Source of the DNA: Fimbriosthenelais zetlandica
Taxonomy: Eukaryota
Direction: 5' to 3'
Assembly: GCA_977030845.1 (NCBI GenBank)
Contig: OZ365116.1
Span: 19,778,001-19,842,000 of the forward strand
Length of the DNA stretch: 64,000 nucleotides
The notes beneath the pieces are model-generated. The model was given only the letters and a program-made list of their open reading frames with translations. It searched no databases and was not told where the DNA came from. Both the position numbers and the translations under genes were made by a program. Below are positions 13,606-27,570 of this stretch, piece after piece. Each line of letters begins with the position of its first letter. Position 1 is the first letter of the stretch.

Positions 13606-14366
13606 GATTTCATATAGAAGGATTTCTTTTTATAAGGGAATATCTCTAGGGGATATCATGAACCATTTTCATCGAGTTCTTGGCCAACTTCACTATAAAT
13701 AGCCAATCATATAATAGAGGTTGACCTCATCATGGCATATCTATTCATATGTGACACAGGTGTGGTTTATGATGGCAGGTATGAATGCTATATGACAGGT
13801 AACATTACCAATCACAGGTTCCTAACAAGGGCAGATATATACGGCACTACAGACCCACCCTACATCTGGTGGGTGTGTGGGAGGGAACAGTCGGCTTATA
13901 TATGTTAAGACACTTCCTTCAGTCTTATGTCTCATAATATTATATTGATCGATTTAAGTTCGAGTATGTTGAATATTGAAGCACTGTGTTTTCAAATGAA
14001 TACATCGTGCAGAGGAATCGTAAGTTTTTCCCAAGATGTCCTACCTGTTCCCTTCAATCATGAGAAGGGAGACAGGTACACCTTAAAGAGGCGTGGCAGG
14101 TGTGAAAGCTGGACTTGCCAGGGCTTTCATGAAATAAATTCCATTTGGAAAACTAGTCAGATTCTCATCTCAAAGCACATACTATAGCATTGATATTTCG
14201 TAGTTTATAAGTATTGCTAACAGACACATTTCCAGACAAAGAGTCGCACAATATAGGGCTTGGCTAGATGGGTATACGAGCTCTTAAAATAAGTATGAAG
14301 CCAGTCTACATAACCTGTAATATGAGTAGTAGGAGTAGGAGAGAGTGAAATAATTACTTTTCTCAC

Positions 14367-14447
14367 CTTTTGTAGGCAGTAACCTAGAGGAAGATTTCTC
14401 CTGAGGTCGCCGAGCTGCCGCGCCTCCCCCAACTCCTCCGCCCGAGG
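14367..14447 (-). CDS. NAV: Probable neuron navigator exon: (A)SGGGVGGGAAARRPQEKSSSRLLPTK
   Basis: Minus strand ttcgttctgtcttacag|CCTCGGGC...ACAAAAG|gtgaga. 81 nt, phase 1 to 1, open, GC/CpG-rich against AT-rich flanks, and phase-compatible with the preceding exon. No sequence homology recognised. Confidence 0.72.
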
Positions 14448-15777
14448 CTGTAAGACAGAACGAAAATGAACCGGTAAAATGTGTAGGAAAAGAATACAAA
14501 ACAAATATAGATGAACAGAAAACTGACCAAGATTGGTCGTGTCTCAATACTTTCCACTCTGTTTCCCAGTTATGATTTGATCGGGACATTCAGAGTGTTT
14601 TGAGATTGCTTCCTAAGTCGTGAACAATTTGAGTAAATCAAATGGGTCATCTTTCCAGCACATTGACTCAACTCATTCAGTCATGAAGTAAGGAGACCAG
14701 CGATTGGCTTGTCACTGTCGAGCTCCAATCTCACACTGAATTTCCCACACTTTGAATGAGACATCAAGAGCACACTTCATTGGCTGATGGGCCATAATAT
14801 TTCTGTGTGCTTTCCGCGGTTTAAAATTAAATAAATCAGAGAGCCGAGAGGGAGTCGAGGATACATGAAGCTTTGATGATTATGTAGTGTAACAAACTCA
14901 ATGTACTACACGAATGTTACTCCAATATCCTGCTACTTGCCTGTCGCCTGTTTTCGCTACCATCATTTATCAGTAATTAGTTGTAAGATGACAAGTGTCA
15001 TATCCCTGATTCATTATTCGTACTATAAAATCATGAGTAGTATAGTCAAATGTGACTTGAAATCAGGGTCAAACAGAATCGATAGTAGTATATGAGACGT
15101 ATCTTTGTTCCAGGGGCTCAATGTCAGAGGCAAGGAATGGTTTAAATGGATCAAGTAGTTAAAACCATGCCAATTAAGGCTTTACTTCATATGTTTCTAC
15201 TTCTAGCAGACAGGAATGTGAGGTAAGAAGTCATACATGTGTCAGGAAGTCTAGGTGGAGCTGTCATATTGCAGCAAGTGCTGTCACTGCCTCAATGTAA
15301 TCTCCCATCACACCCGTCAAGCTCTGACCGCCCCCTGAAGGGACCTGTTTGCAAACAGCTTTAGTCTATCAGGAGAAGTCATCTAAGGTCAAATAGATCA
15401 GGCCTAGAATGACCCGTGCCACACTCCCAGCTACTACGCCAGTAAAGATGGCCGGTCAACCCAGTGGACATTTAAACGGAGAGTCCCAACCAGCAATCTA
15501 ATGGATTATCATCCATGTTTTGATATTGTTCTTTGGGATTGTTATAAATTCGGCCTTGGTATTAAAATGCATCAGGATGCCCATCAAATTCACATAGCTA
15601 TAGATATCTAAGGCAGAAAGGCCTGATCTAAAACGGGACTGGGCTTTGGGCATTACGTTTCAGGGTTCGCTATTGGGTTACAGAACACATAAATGGGACA
15701 CCATGATAAGGCGTTAGTGACACCACAGCAGGCAATCAGAAAATCATTATTACAATAGGCTTGGGTATCCGGATTAG

Positions 15778-15812
15778 GTTACCATAGGAACATTACGCGT
15801 TGCTATGGTGAC
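15778..15812. promoter_or_regulatory. Tandem RFX X-boxes (GTTACCATAGGAAC; GTTGCTATGGTGAC)
   Basis: Two matches to GTHNYYATRRNAAC (the second on the reverse strand), 7 bp apart. Confidence 0.5.
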
Positions 15813-16807
15813 AGGAGTGACATCCTGTGTGACTTGTGGCGTGTGTCAGCAATTGCACACAGCAGAGTGGGATTAATCCGGCGAGACATGGGGGAGGGGG
15901 GAATGAGAGAACAGGGAGAGACCGGGGGCAGGAGAGAGATAAGGGGCAGCAAGGTCAAGTCAGAGAGATAAGCCTAAATATAAAGCCTAGTGATTTATAG
16001 GGGGAGGCTACCCCCATGGTGTCACAGGAAATTAATGGAAATTTGAGAATTATCATGAGGTTGAAATAAACATGGGGAGAAATAGGACACTAGGTCTCAC
16101 TTGGCGCTGTCAGAAAAGAAGTGATAATTCTTATGTCATCATGGCATTTTGTAATCCAGTACTATTCATTAAGTCATAAAACGCTCTGTGATGACGAATT
16201 AGCTGACCTTTGGTAATGTGAACGCATCATGTGGGTGAGCTGACATCAATACATGTGAAAATCAGCCTTTACAAACAGCTAAAAATGCTTCAGAATACAC
16301 TAGTACTTGACAGACACTAGTGTATGCCCACATTGACGTTCATGCCCTAATACAATAGCCTCTCATGGCGTCTTACTGTCCACCCCTCCCCCATATGGTC
16401 ATCTCCGGTACACTATTTCAGCCAGCTCTACTCGGCCTTTGTCTCTCCCAGTAGACATGTTTTATCTGGACCTCGTCAGTGGAGAGTGAAGACAAGTCAG
16501 GGTACATGAGACTCCAGGGCTTCACACTGTCAACTTTCCTCCGTCAGGAGTTATCAGTTTATGCTTCGGATATACTAAGCAGAATGGTCAGTTGATTTAT
16601 GCACCATCTTCAGGAATGTATACATTTAGTACACTCCAGTTAGCTCCAAGTCTCTAATCCCGTGCACCATCTTTTAATAGTACATGGTCCTGATCCAGGA
16701 CAGTGTCTTATTGTGCCTTATGACCCATGTGCCCATGTGCTCTATCACTGATAGAGCACCCGTCAGTATATTAATTCTAATCAAAGATAAACAAAACCAA
16801 GACGTAC

Positions 16808-17001
16808 CAGGAGGATTGTTGTTGTTCTGGAGGGAGGCCTGGGTGACCTGTCGCTCTGTTGTAGAAGAACCGGAAGTGGGCCGGTTCTTATTGTGGTTCT
16901 GGTTGCCCGCCGCCGCAAGCGCCTCCTTCTGGGCACTCTGTGCACCAGGGTGGGGTATGGTGGGGCACTTAGATCCACCCTTGTTGAATGGCGACGGTAA
17001 C
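16808..17001 (-). CDS. NAV: Neuron navigator exon: (R)LPSPFNKGGSKCPTIPHPGAQ...QNNNNPP
   Basis: Minus strand ttttgttcttgcag|GTTACCGTCG...CCTCCTG|gtacgt. 194 nt, phase 2 to 1. Reconstitutes EMLSR-LPSP, comparable to NAV2 EMQSR-LPGP. Confidence 0.88.
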
Positions 17002-20000
17002 CTGCAAGAACAAAACGAGAAAACTTTAAAATGGATGTAACCAGTGAAGGGAGTGATGAGTATGTTTGGCGGGTCTAATGGAGCAGCATGAGGCAGTGTT
17101 CTCACACATTAACTCTGCCAGCGTCACCCTCATGACAGCCTCATGGCATGATGCTCCAGTAATAATTAATAACCAGTAATTACCACCTATCAATCTGATC
17201 TGTAGATAGAGTAGATAGTCCAGAGATTCATGCATCACTAAAGTACAGTTTAGCAATCTAAACCTCACATTGCATGACCGGAAGTAGATGCCCTATGACA
17301 TTCTGCACTTCTGAATATGCCAACAGATATTTTCAGCTCTTACTTTGAAGTTTTACTTACTTTTACTTTCGCTAATATTACTCCCATCAAAAGAAACCAA
17401 AGATTCAATCAGAACTTTGAAGTCTTTCAAGGAAACTCTAAATATGGAGATCACAGAATGCTTGCCAGAATTAAGGTCTTCTTTGACCTTCTTTCAAGTC
17501 ACCTCTTTTTTTACCCATGTCAGTATTAGCAAGGCTGATGTAGACAGAATTAAAGACCTCTATGGGGACGTGGAATATAGAAATACACGAGCCAAAGAGA
17601 CTGAAGGTAAAGGACAAATGACCTAGGTCTGAATCAAAAGGTTTACAGGATAACATCATGCTGTGACGACAGAAATCGGTTTGAACGACTTGAAGCAGAA
17701 CTTTTTCTCGCAATATCAGCCTGGATAATTCTCTTCAAATAGCAATGGCACATGAATAATTCACACTTGTTCTTTCCATCAAAGAGACCTGGGATAATCA
17801 TGGCCATTTTTCTAAAGTGCTGGCATTCAGGATTGCATTGAGAATGGGTCAATAAAACAATGGTGATAAGCTGACTTTGATGCCACCCACCACATTCAGG
17901 CCCCATCTAAAGGCTAAATATAGAAAGCCTCTTTATGTTTGATCTTGGCCATGGATGGAATTATCAACTGCTTTTGTCGTGGATGACAAATGTTTTTTTC
18001 AACTTCCAGTAATAGAAAAAACTTTGGTTGATCTGTCAATGTCAGTATTGATGATCCTGAACACTGAAAGGGCGTGAGTTTTATTTCCGTCTCAGACTAA
18101 CTAAAGTAATTTTAACATTGGGGGAGTGACCATCAGGTAATAAAGTATTATGACCCTCAGAATTTACCTCAACCCTTGAGATTAACCACTGCTTCTTGTA
18201 GTAACAGACCAGGGTCCACCATCTTACTTTGATCATTTTATAACAGACCTCAAGTATAAAAGGCAAGGGAATGAGCAATCACCCTCAACTTGATATTACA
18301 TCAAAGTTGTCCTCTTGATTTGACAGCTTAATTGCCACGATGGCCAGCCATATCTCAGCCATTATATCCAAGGAAATGTTAACATCAAAGCCTGTAGATT
18401 GCGCAGGCTTTCCACCTCTAAAAGCCTGAGCTTCCATCTCCTCCCCTCACACGGTCCCAGTCAGAGGGTCTAATCAGTGTTTATAATAGTAAACGGCACA
18501 TAAATACCACCTGGTCTTAGCCAGGGACAAGCCCGGATTTACTGACTGCTGACTTTCATAGCTGCTTCTTTACGATCAAGACTAGGTCTTAGTACATATA
18601 TTCATTTGAGAACTTAACTTTTGACAAATATAACTCCCTATATTCAGCCTCATTCCAACTCTGTCTGCCTTCTCCTAAACCCCACTCTTCCCTCTAACAT
18701 TCCAACCCTATTCATCCTACTTCTCAACTTCTGGCAACAAAAGGCGATGCAGCCCAAAAGGGCCCTGCCAACATTGGGCTCTCAATAGTGAAGGATGAGG
18801 GAGGATGGAAACACTTCAGCTCTATTCCCTAACGTAATGAGAGCGGCAATGCGGACACGCCAATTTATCATCCCCTTATCCCTACAATGTCTATACAGGA
18901 ATCCATACACAGGCCAAATCTGTATCGAAAATTAAAGCTTAAAATAGACCAGTATGGAGAAGACTATACCATATTAAATACCCTAATATTACATTTAGAC
19001 CCTTTGCATATTGTAGAGATAAGGTTTTATGAATACACAATTCCTAAATGTGGACCATTTTTGGGCCATTTATGCAAGATGCATAGAAAATGCAGTGACA
19101 GTCCAATATGTGAATGTGCACTTACATACCCCCGAACACAATGATCCTCAGGGACCAACTATAGGTGCATTTGATAATATGCACAATTAATAATAGTGGG
19201 TGAGTGAGTACCAATGATGATGCCTCATGACCCAGTCATAATAGTGATATGAGAGATCACACATACCTCAACATAATGCATAAGGCAGGTTGTTGGGTCC
19301 ACGAGGGGTGCATACATATTAACATGGAATTTTACCGCCGTTAGGTCCAGCATTTGATAAGGGCCTAATGGCGTTTTAATGCCCCCTGAAGGGCCTGGTG
19401 GTAGGGGAGGTGGCTAGCGCTATTATTAATGATCCATATGTGACTCATAAAATACTTCCAACCTGAGGGCTTTAGTGCCCCTAGGGAGGTCTATGATGGA
19501 CCACCACGATAAATGTTAAATGTGCTGGTCTTGGGTATGAAATTTATACCATTTTTTTATGGGAATAAATGTACTCTTTTAGGTGTCAGGTCCTGGCAAA
19601 AAGCCAAATTAAGTGAAGCAGGATGAAGATAAGGGGAGTGACAAGCAGACAGCAGGGGAACTAGCGACAGTGGGAGTAGTTTGTGAGACCAAACATAAAA
19701 CAGTTCAGACCAACGAGTCCTTACTTGTTGTTCAGACCAATGCTTATAAAAATGTTTTTTCTATAGGGGGCTCCTATTCTGCCTGAAGTCTATTATACCC
19801 CACTAGCACCCTATGCCACCCGTCTCTGCCACTTTTGACAGCTGCGAGTCTTGTTCCCGCATTGTGACGTAATGAGTATAAATTCACAAAGAGGCTGTTG
19901 GGGAGATGAGGGCAGTTGCGTGATTCTTGATAATCATACACGCCAAACACCATTGTTCACCGGCAATAAAAGGACCGTTACAAACCTCATTATAATACAT

Positions 20001-21603
20001 ACAGGGCTCTGTGACCTAAAATAACATGAATATTATGAATAATTATTTACTATTCTCACTCAATTTACCCCAGTATAGTGTCATGGGTGCAGAGCGCTTC
20101 CTTAGACAATTGCATTTGTCATCTGATGCATAATATCACTTGCATAATGAGTTCTCAGAATACAATATGCGGTGGTATATGGTTAAGTATTATAGTAAAA
20201 TATAGACATGTCATTTTGACATGTTCACATGCCTGCCGTGAGTGACTTGTCAGTTTTAACCCCTGTACTGACCCTGTACAACCATCATAAATCTTCACTT
20301 AAACAACCAGTTAATGACCCACCAGATTGTCCCCGTCTCCCACCACCGTCAGGCCCTCCCTAGTGACCAGGCATAGAGCAGAGGCAAGTTTTCCCCCATT
20401 AATAACTATAATCACTTCTTTGTGATGAATGGAATTAAATCCTTTTGTACTTCAACAAGCCTTTGTGGTGGGCGCTTAGCCTCCAAGCAGGGGGGTTAGG
20501 CTTGGGGGTGTAGTGGGAGTTAGGGAAGGGGATGTCTTCGATGTTTGGGTAAAATTGTCTATTATGATAATTATGAATCTTGATGAGTGTTAAGGGGGAG
20601 ATGCCCCCATCCCCTCCCCACATCATCACCACCAAATGGTTGTCTCTGACCTAACCCTTTCCAACTAAATCATTTAGTTGACTTTTCCCTCCCTCAAACC
20701 TGCATATGAATCTACCACAGACATCGCCTAAATACTACTGACATTAGACTGAATCTATTATATCAGTTTTTGTTTCAGAGACGGCCTATAATTAATATCA
20801 TCTTCTGCCTTTGCAGTTAGGATCATTCGTTAGTAGCTTTGTCAGCCGCGCTCTTCTGTGTGAATGGATCCAATTAATGTATTATAGAAGCTGGCTCCAT
20901 GCCACGTAGTGATTCATATTTCAGATGTCCAACATTTTATCTCTTTGGGTGATCTTGCCTCGTCCAGAGGAGACAAAGTATGTGGCCAATTTATACACAA
21001 TGTAAAAGAGCATATCAATACCTACTGCCAATCGCCAGGCCTGCCGTTGTTTATGACATCTATAGGCACAGATTTCAATGAAAAATAATTAAATTAGCTG
21101 GCAATGATTCACTTCCTCATAATTATATTATCCTCAACCCTTTCCGCAAAGACACCGAGATTCAATCATTCAATTTACCACGCTCCTAATTTCATTACTG
21201 ATCAGAATATTTGGATCTAATTTACAAAGCAAACACAAGACAAAAGCTGTGTGGGACGCATCATTTAGGGAAGGGTGTGGGCTGGACAGGGGGCGGACCC
21301 CTGACCCCTGGGACAATTATGGAAACCTCAGCCTGGAGGGGGTGGATAGACTTGCTAAATTCAGGAGTTTTAGTTCTATTTTGGTGCAAACAAAGGTCAT
21401 TCCCCATGATATCAGGGTGTGGGGAGGGCCAGTCTAATCAATGATGAGCATTATTAGCATTAGGACCCTTCATATGAAGCATTAATCATAGCATAATAAG
21501 CTTACACCAACTGTTGGGTTATTCTCCCACTAGGGATCTCTTAATCAGTAATATGGGAGAACATTGTAGTGCTTCATAAAATGAGTCTCTCTGATAAAAT
21601 GTA

Positions 21604-21674
21604 ACAACAATCAGTAGACCTGGCATGTTGCTGTCTAGACGACGCACGCTCCAGACGTCATCATGTTTTGTTGT
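21604..21674 (-). ncRNA. Candidate intronic C/D-box snoRNA-like RNA
   Basis: Minus strand acaacaa-aac-ATGATGA-43 nt-CTGA-ttgttgt: box C, box D and a 7-bp terminal stem, on the host-gene strand. C'/D' boxes and an rRNA target were not recognised. Confidence 0.3.
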
Positions 21675-22858
21675 AATAGAAGCAGGTCCAACCCCAGCTG
21701 TCTGCAGCATGGAGCAGCAAAGTCGGTCACTGTACTGACCTTTCTCTCATCATCTCACAGCTGATCAGAGATCTGGGTGACAGGGGGAAAGGCTTACACC
21801 TGTCAATCACTTCTAATACTCCCTATATACTCTCAACCACATTGGGAACACGGATATTTCCATGAGTCAAAGATGCCTCCTTTGATATGGTGCATTGAAT
21901 AAGAAACGGGCAAAGAGAGTAAAGGCTCCTCCTGTGCCTCTTCCTCTTGGCTGCTACTCATGTTTACACGTGTGTAAATATTCCAGATTCCACACAGCAA
22001 AGTCATTGTAGAAATGCTTTACTGGATCTGTTTGAGTCATTGTGGTGGAGGCTGGGAAAGGGCAATCCTAGGGTCAAAAACAACCAGGAATCAGATTGAG
22101 GCTTCCTCATGGGCTATCCCTCTTCCCGAGGTGTTGCTCTCCCATTGGCAATCATTTGACTCCATTCCTGGAATGCCCTTTGAACTAGGCAAGTCATGAA
22201 GACCTCGACAGGTCAAAATACCTCATAAATAACTGGCAATAAAGAACCGACGAGTGTAGCAAGATTGTTACGCTGAAGAAATATGAAGATACCCATTAAG
22301 CAAACCTACCTCTTTCGGTAATCCACAATGCAAGTTAAAGCGTAAAATCCACAAAACCTCCTTATATCTTAGTAAATCCACTGCCTAGAAGTAACTTTTC
22401 AATTTGTATGAAATGGTTTTCTTCCAGATTTGAGGTCTATACCTGACCAAGTACAGTTCACCTGTGGATGCTATTACCGAAGTAGCGGTACTTTCTCAGG
22501 TAAAAGCAGAGCACACTATTTCTCTGGAACCCCTATATATTCCAAAACTATCATATAAGTTTGAGAAATACAGGCTGAATGTAGCAGAAATCACAGCAGG
22601 TCACCTACTACTTATTCCTTTATGCCTTGTGAATTCCGAAGTAGTCCTCCATCCACTCAACTAGTCACTATTACTCCAGAACCTTTTTTATATTTCTTAC
22701 CACGACTATCCACAATAATTGGTATGGATCGACTTGTCTGGGCTGTGAATTATTCATTCAAACCTTGTGTCCGTGATAGATTTGGTACTGTCACGTCCAG
22801 AGCAATGGTATCACTGCATGGAAGAGGTCCAATACACACAGACTCCAGTGCTGGGATT

Positions 22859-22875
22859 GAGAGAGAGAGAGAGAG
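22859..22875. repeat. (GA)n microsatellite
   Basis: Direct reading. Confidence 0.9.
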
Positions 22876-24172
22876 CATGGAAGAAGGTGGAATATCTGTC
22901 ACCCAGCTGTCTCCCTGTAAGATTGGTACCACAAGCGTCACTGTGGAGTACGGCCTAGTCTACGAATGTTACTGAAGATGCTAGGACACCCCAGTCATGA
23001 ATACATACTCTATAGCAGGGGTAGGCGGGCAAACAAAGGACCTGCTACAAGTACTTGGTCCATGAAGAAGTAGAGGTGGTATAGATTAGGTAGACTATTG
23101 TTGAAGCCTTGTAATATGTGTTGGTGAGTGGAGGTGATGGGGAGACTGTGTGTGTGTTGCTCCTGTTGAGGAGTGTTCACCCTACACGAGTACACACGCA
23201 TGCATGCCCTGGTCTCTGCCATCTCAACATTCAGCAACACACACCCTAGACTTGCCACCCCACTTGCAACAACAACTATTTTATATTCTTTCCTACATCA
23301 AACTTCAACTGGGTACTCCAAAATTGGATTTGTAAAGACCTATGAAATACCCTTGCAGGTGGTGGATACCTCTTCTTATATTGATGACTGGATTGATAAT
23401 TTTATATATTTCATAAATTGAAATATGTTATGGAAACATAGACAAGTCTAGTGAGTTGAGACATGGAGTTGGAAGCAGCTGCAGGCTGCATTAGTGGCGG
23501 GTATAGTGTGGCAGCAAGACGGGAGGGGTCGTGCCTGTCAAAGAGGGCCATTCGGCCCGCCCCTCTTTCTTCCATTAATCATCATTAAACACTATCAACC
23601 GGTGTAGTGTGTTAACATTCTTTAAGTTAGGTAAATCCCCAGGTATATCCTATATATCTGTGATAGGACCGTCTTCTAGTTAATAAACTTAATGACTTTT
23701 AAAGGTCATGTTAAATTAGTTCCATGAATGAAAAGCAAAGTGCAACACCAGATTGCAGCTGGCCACATTTTTGCGGTTTGTCCCAGACATGTGTATCCTT
23801 CCTGGGATAACCGTTCTCATTTAATTCCTTGACCGCAGGCAGGCCTATTTCAGGAAGAGGCTATAATTTTAAACCAGTGATAAGTCAAGCGTACTATTAA
23901 TACAGAGAATGTCTAATCTACATGAGGAACACCTGGACCTTTATTATATAGACCTTCCTACTTCACCTTTTTGTGGTCAGCATCCTTCCCCAAACTTATG
24001 ACATCAGCAGAGCTGATAATTGCCTCCAAATGCTCTCCCCTACCACGGATTTTTTCCTTTGCTTCTGACAGAAAAAGCATCTACCACTGAATGAAATAAC
24101 GGGGAAAAGAGGGAAACTATGGGTGGTAGGAGGTCAGAGCAAAACAAAAAGTGACCTAATTTTGAGGCGGAC

Positions 24173-24231
24173 ATTTGGCATGTGTTTCTGGGTAATTTAG
24201 TTGATTTGATTTGGCATGTGTTTCTCAGTAA
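24173..24231. repeat. Local duplication with 36-bp period (atttggcatgtgtttct..gtaa x2)
   Basis: Direct reading. Confidence 0.85.
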
Positions 24232-24270
24232 CGTGTAGGGCTGTGAGTGTAAAGGGAGGCTGTAGTGGTC

Positions 24271-24288
24271 GGGGGGGGGGGGGGGGGG
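24271..24288. repeat. G18 homopolymer
   Basis: Direct reading. Confidence 0.9.
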
Positions 24289-27200
24289 ACCATGTACCCA
24301 ACAACCCAACACAGCGGTACATCCCACACAATGGCCAGCCCTGCTGTCAATCACACGCTAGGTGAGGCGTGACAGCTGACACCTAGTCAACCAGACAAAG
24401 GTAGAAATCAGCCAGTCTGATGACAGCTACTCTCATACCCTCTTATTGTATTCCCACCCACAATACAACGAGATAACATGAGCTAATATTATAGCAAGTT
24501 ACAGCTCCATAGATCTATATTTGTATAGCAGTTTCCCACTCCCTTTCAATAATAGAACTCAGGAAATGCCAAGCTAACTTCTACACAAGGGGTTAGCTCA
24601 AATAACAGGAAATCATCAGGGAATCCTCAAACTATAGAGAAGGCCGATCACTTATATTTAATGAAGATTCCACAAAACGATTGCCAACATTTAGACCATT
24701 GTTACATGGGAAATATGAGCGCAACTTCACTTGCATGCAATAGAACATCAGTTCCTCTGGAATCAACTTTCAGAAGGACAATGTCAGTGACATTGAGGGG
24801 GTAGTTTGGTCAATTATCCGTGGCAAATCCAGGTATTGTGACACCATGGTGCTTGTAACTTTATACCAGCCCCGGGGCCAACGAACATACGTTCTATACA
24901 TAATACCATAAGATAATACCCCCAAAGGGGTCCACATGGGGTACCACCATCCTCTTATTCCCGCTCTCCCAACACTGCCTTCAAACACTCAACAAAGCCT
25001 TGTGTCAGCAATAGGCCCTCTCCTTGCAAAACAGGAGATAGGACTTCTTTAAAGTCGTTCGGAGGAAGCATGCATGTCTGTGCCTTTTTCTGTACTGCTG
25101 TAGAAGCAGGACTTGTGGTAAAGTTCCCCTTGTTCATTCATGAAATGGCTGACAGGATGATTGATGACCTTCCCCGAAATAAGACTGATACTGGTACTGA
25201 CCAGGCGATATGGGCAGGTCAGGGGGAGAGGCAGGCAGAGAGGGAGAGAGACTAGGAGAATTACATCTCTACAAAATCCCCAGGAAGATCTTTTCCATTC
25301 CTTTATTCCTCCCCTCTCGTCCCCTCGTTATACCCAATGACCTTTACCACGATTATAATATAATTCATCACAGGGATGTCCTCCACCTCAAAATACTACA
25401 ATCACCAAAATTATCTCCCAGGGAGAAATATTTCCTCAGGCTTGTTATCTTTTCTTTACTTTTAAATTCTTTTCATGCAATTATATTACTCGTTAAAACC
25501 TTAAGGTGGTTGGGTAATTCCAGTGCATTTCTTAGACAAGGGGTATTTTCATGAGGCGAAAATATGTAGTGTGTAAAAATGAGTTGGTATTTAGAGCCCA
25601 GACTGAATGAGGTCATATGATAATAACTATCCAAACACATCACTTGTGCTGGCATGTAATAGTCTCTTGATGCCTTACCGCCATTACTGCCACAATAATC
25701 CATATTCAGCTCAGTGAAATACATCAATGTCACTCCATAAACCAAGGCAATACATCACATTTCATATCCTCCACCCCTCACATAATCCCATATAATCTCA
25801 TAGAGAAAACACCCGTACTACATACAGGCTCCATTGTCTTTGTCAATTGAAATTGGGTCAATATTAAAATAACTTTCATGTTTTTTTAGTTTCATCCCCA
25901 ATTTCGATATTATTAATGCTTCACTGAGTTAGTTAGAATGATAGCCAATGGATGGAACAACCGGATCACGTGTATTGCAGGCCTATTGGGAAAATATTGA
26001 AATGCAACACGATGAATGCTACCCATTCAGATCAATGTGCCCGGTCTCGCCTGATAGAGAAGGTCAACATTTGACCCCACCCCTCACCTCAATCAAGCCA
26101 ACACTCAGATTTCTAATTATGATAAGAAGGTCACTAATTTACTTTTATGGCCATTTAAATGCACAGAACAAACAGAGGTGAGGATGTCATAACATTATGG
26201 TTTCCTTTATGCATTTCATAAAAATTGCTCATTGATATTATATCCGTGATGGGCATGCATGAGCATCCTACCTAAAATCGGAGAAGCCCATTAAAAAGTC
26301 CCATCAGTGGTGTTTGGGACTTACTCATCAAGCCAATTTTCATTTGAGAAATTAAATAAAATTTTCTCGACTGAAAAATGATTAATCAATCTCATATTTC
26401 AATACATTTTGCAATAAGAGACCTGAGCGCATCTGTTCAAAATGTAAGGATTCATTACTGTTGCTCTCGTCTACATCAGATTTGTATAATCAGATAAGAG
26501 TGATAGATGGTGTGTATCTGGGAGGAGTGAGGGGGAGAGCTTGTATGGGGCCTGCTTCTCATTGTAAATGAACTATCAAGATATCAACTCTCAGTAATTA
26601 GACTGAGATTAGAGGTATCTATGACGTTAGAGCACATGTCGTTAGTAGGCCTGTATTAGTTAGAGTAGAGGGGACACAGATAAGAGAATAATGGTGGGAT
26701 TTCCCCTTATCCTTCTAATGAAGGTTATCCTAGTGAGAGATGGTAGGATGAGATATGGAGAGAGTGGGAACCATCAGGTGACACTTTTCTCTTCATTAAG
26801 GATTCACCAAGGGGCATGGTATTATGCAACCAGTGTTAAACTGCATAAGGGCAATTAAAGTACATCTTTGAAGGAGTTTTCACACCTTTTTGTACAATTC
26901 TGGATGTTGTGGCAAAGTCTTTTAAAGACGGAATGCAAATCTAATTTGAAAAGGGCCCTGGAAATTGGCTATAAATCAGTCAGTCTGGAGCACATGTGTT
27001 GGCAGTGCCTGTTCCTCCTGTTTTAGTACTAAGCTATAAGAAACGTGGAGAGAAAAGCCATGTGCTGCACTGTGGTGATGGGTGCACGGATGAATGAGGT
27101 TTCTGGGGAGAAGAGGAGAAGGGACATGTGGTGTAATGGACGACCCCATAACTATAGGACACAAGGGTGGCACTATTGGCGATTTGATATTCTAATATTG

Positions 27201-27570
27201 GAGAAAAAATCGGGGCAAAATGGCTAGACTTCTTGCTCTTCTTGGAAGAAGACAGTGTCAGTTCTTGAACTGAAGGAGAAAGACAAAGGGAGGGGGAATT
27301 TTCACGTTTCCCTCACGGGGATTCCCATAAAAGATAGTGACAAATCATTGACACCAATCGATGACTAAGGGAAAAGGAGGGACACTTGAAATAGGCGAGG
27401 ATGATTTTTCATGCTGGCAATGGGTCATTCATTTGTGTGTAAAGCATGGATGAGGAGAGCCGGATGGGTTGTAAGGGGGTATTAGGGCAGATCCTAGGGG
27501 CGGGGAGGGAAGGTGGAAGACTAGAGCGATCACAACCCATCAGCTGACCTAGTTTTAAAGAAGGATGACA

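Noticed and set aside
17345-17626. 93-aa ORF with apparent signal peptide MKFYLLLLSLILLPS
   Set aside because: Starts at TTG in a eukaryote; the hydrophobic stretch derives from a T-rich tract.
19336-19373. 13-bp hairpin with two G.U pairs
   Set aside because: Short and isolated, with no further support; numerous 6-9-bp hairpins elsewhere are likewise within chance expectation.
22695-22757. Donor GTG|GTAAGA with MNNSQPRQVDPYQLLWIVV
   Set aside because: Ends in phase 0, incompatible with the downstream NAV acceptors in the window; at most a UTR exon.
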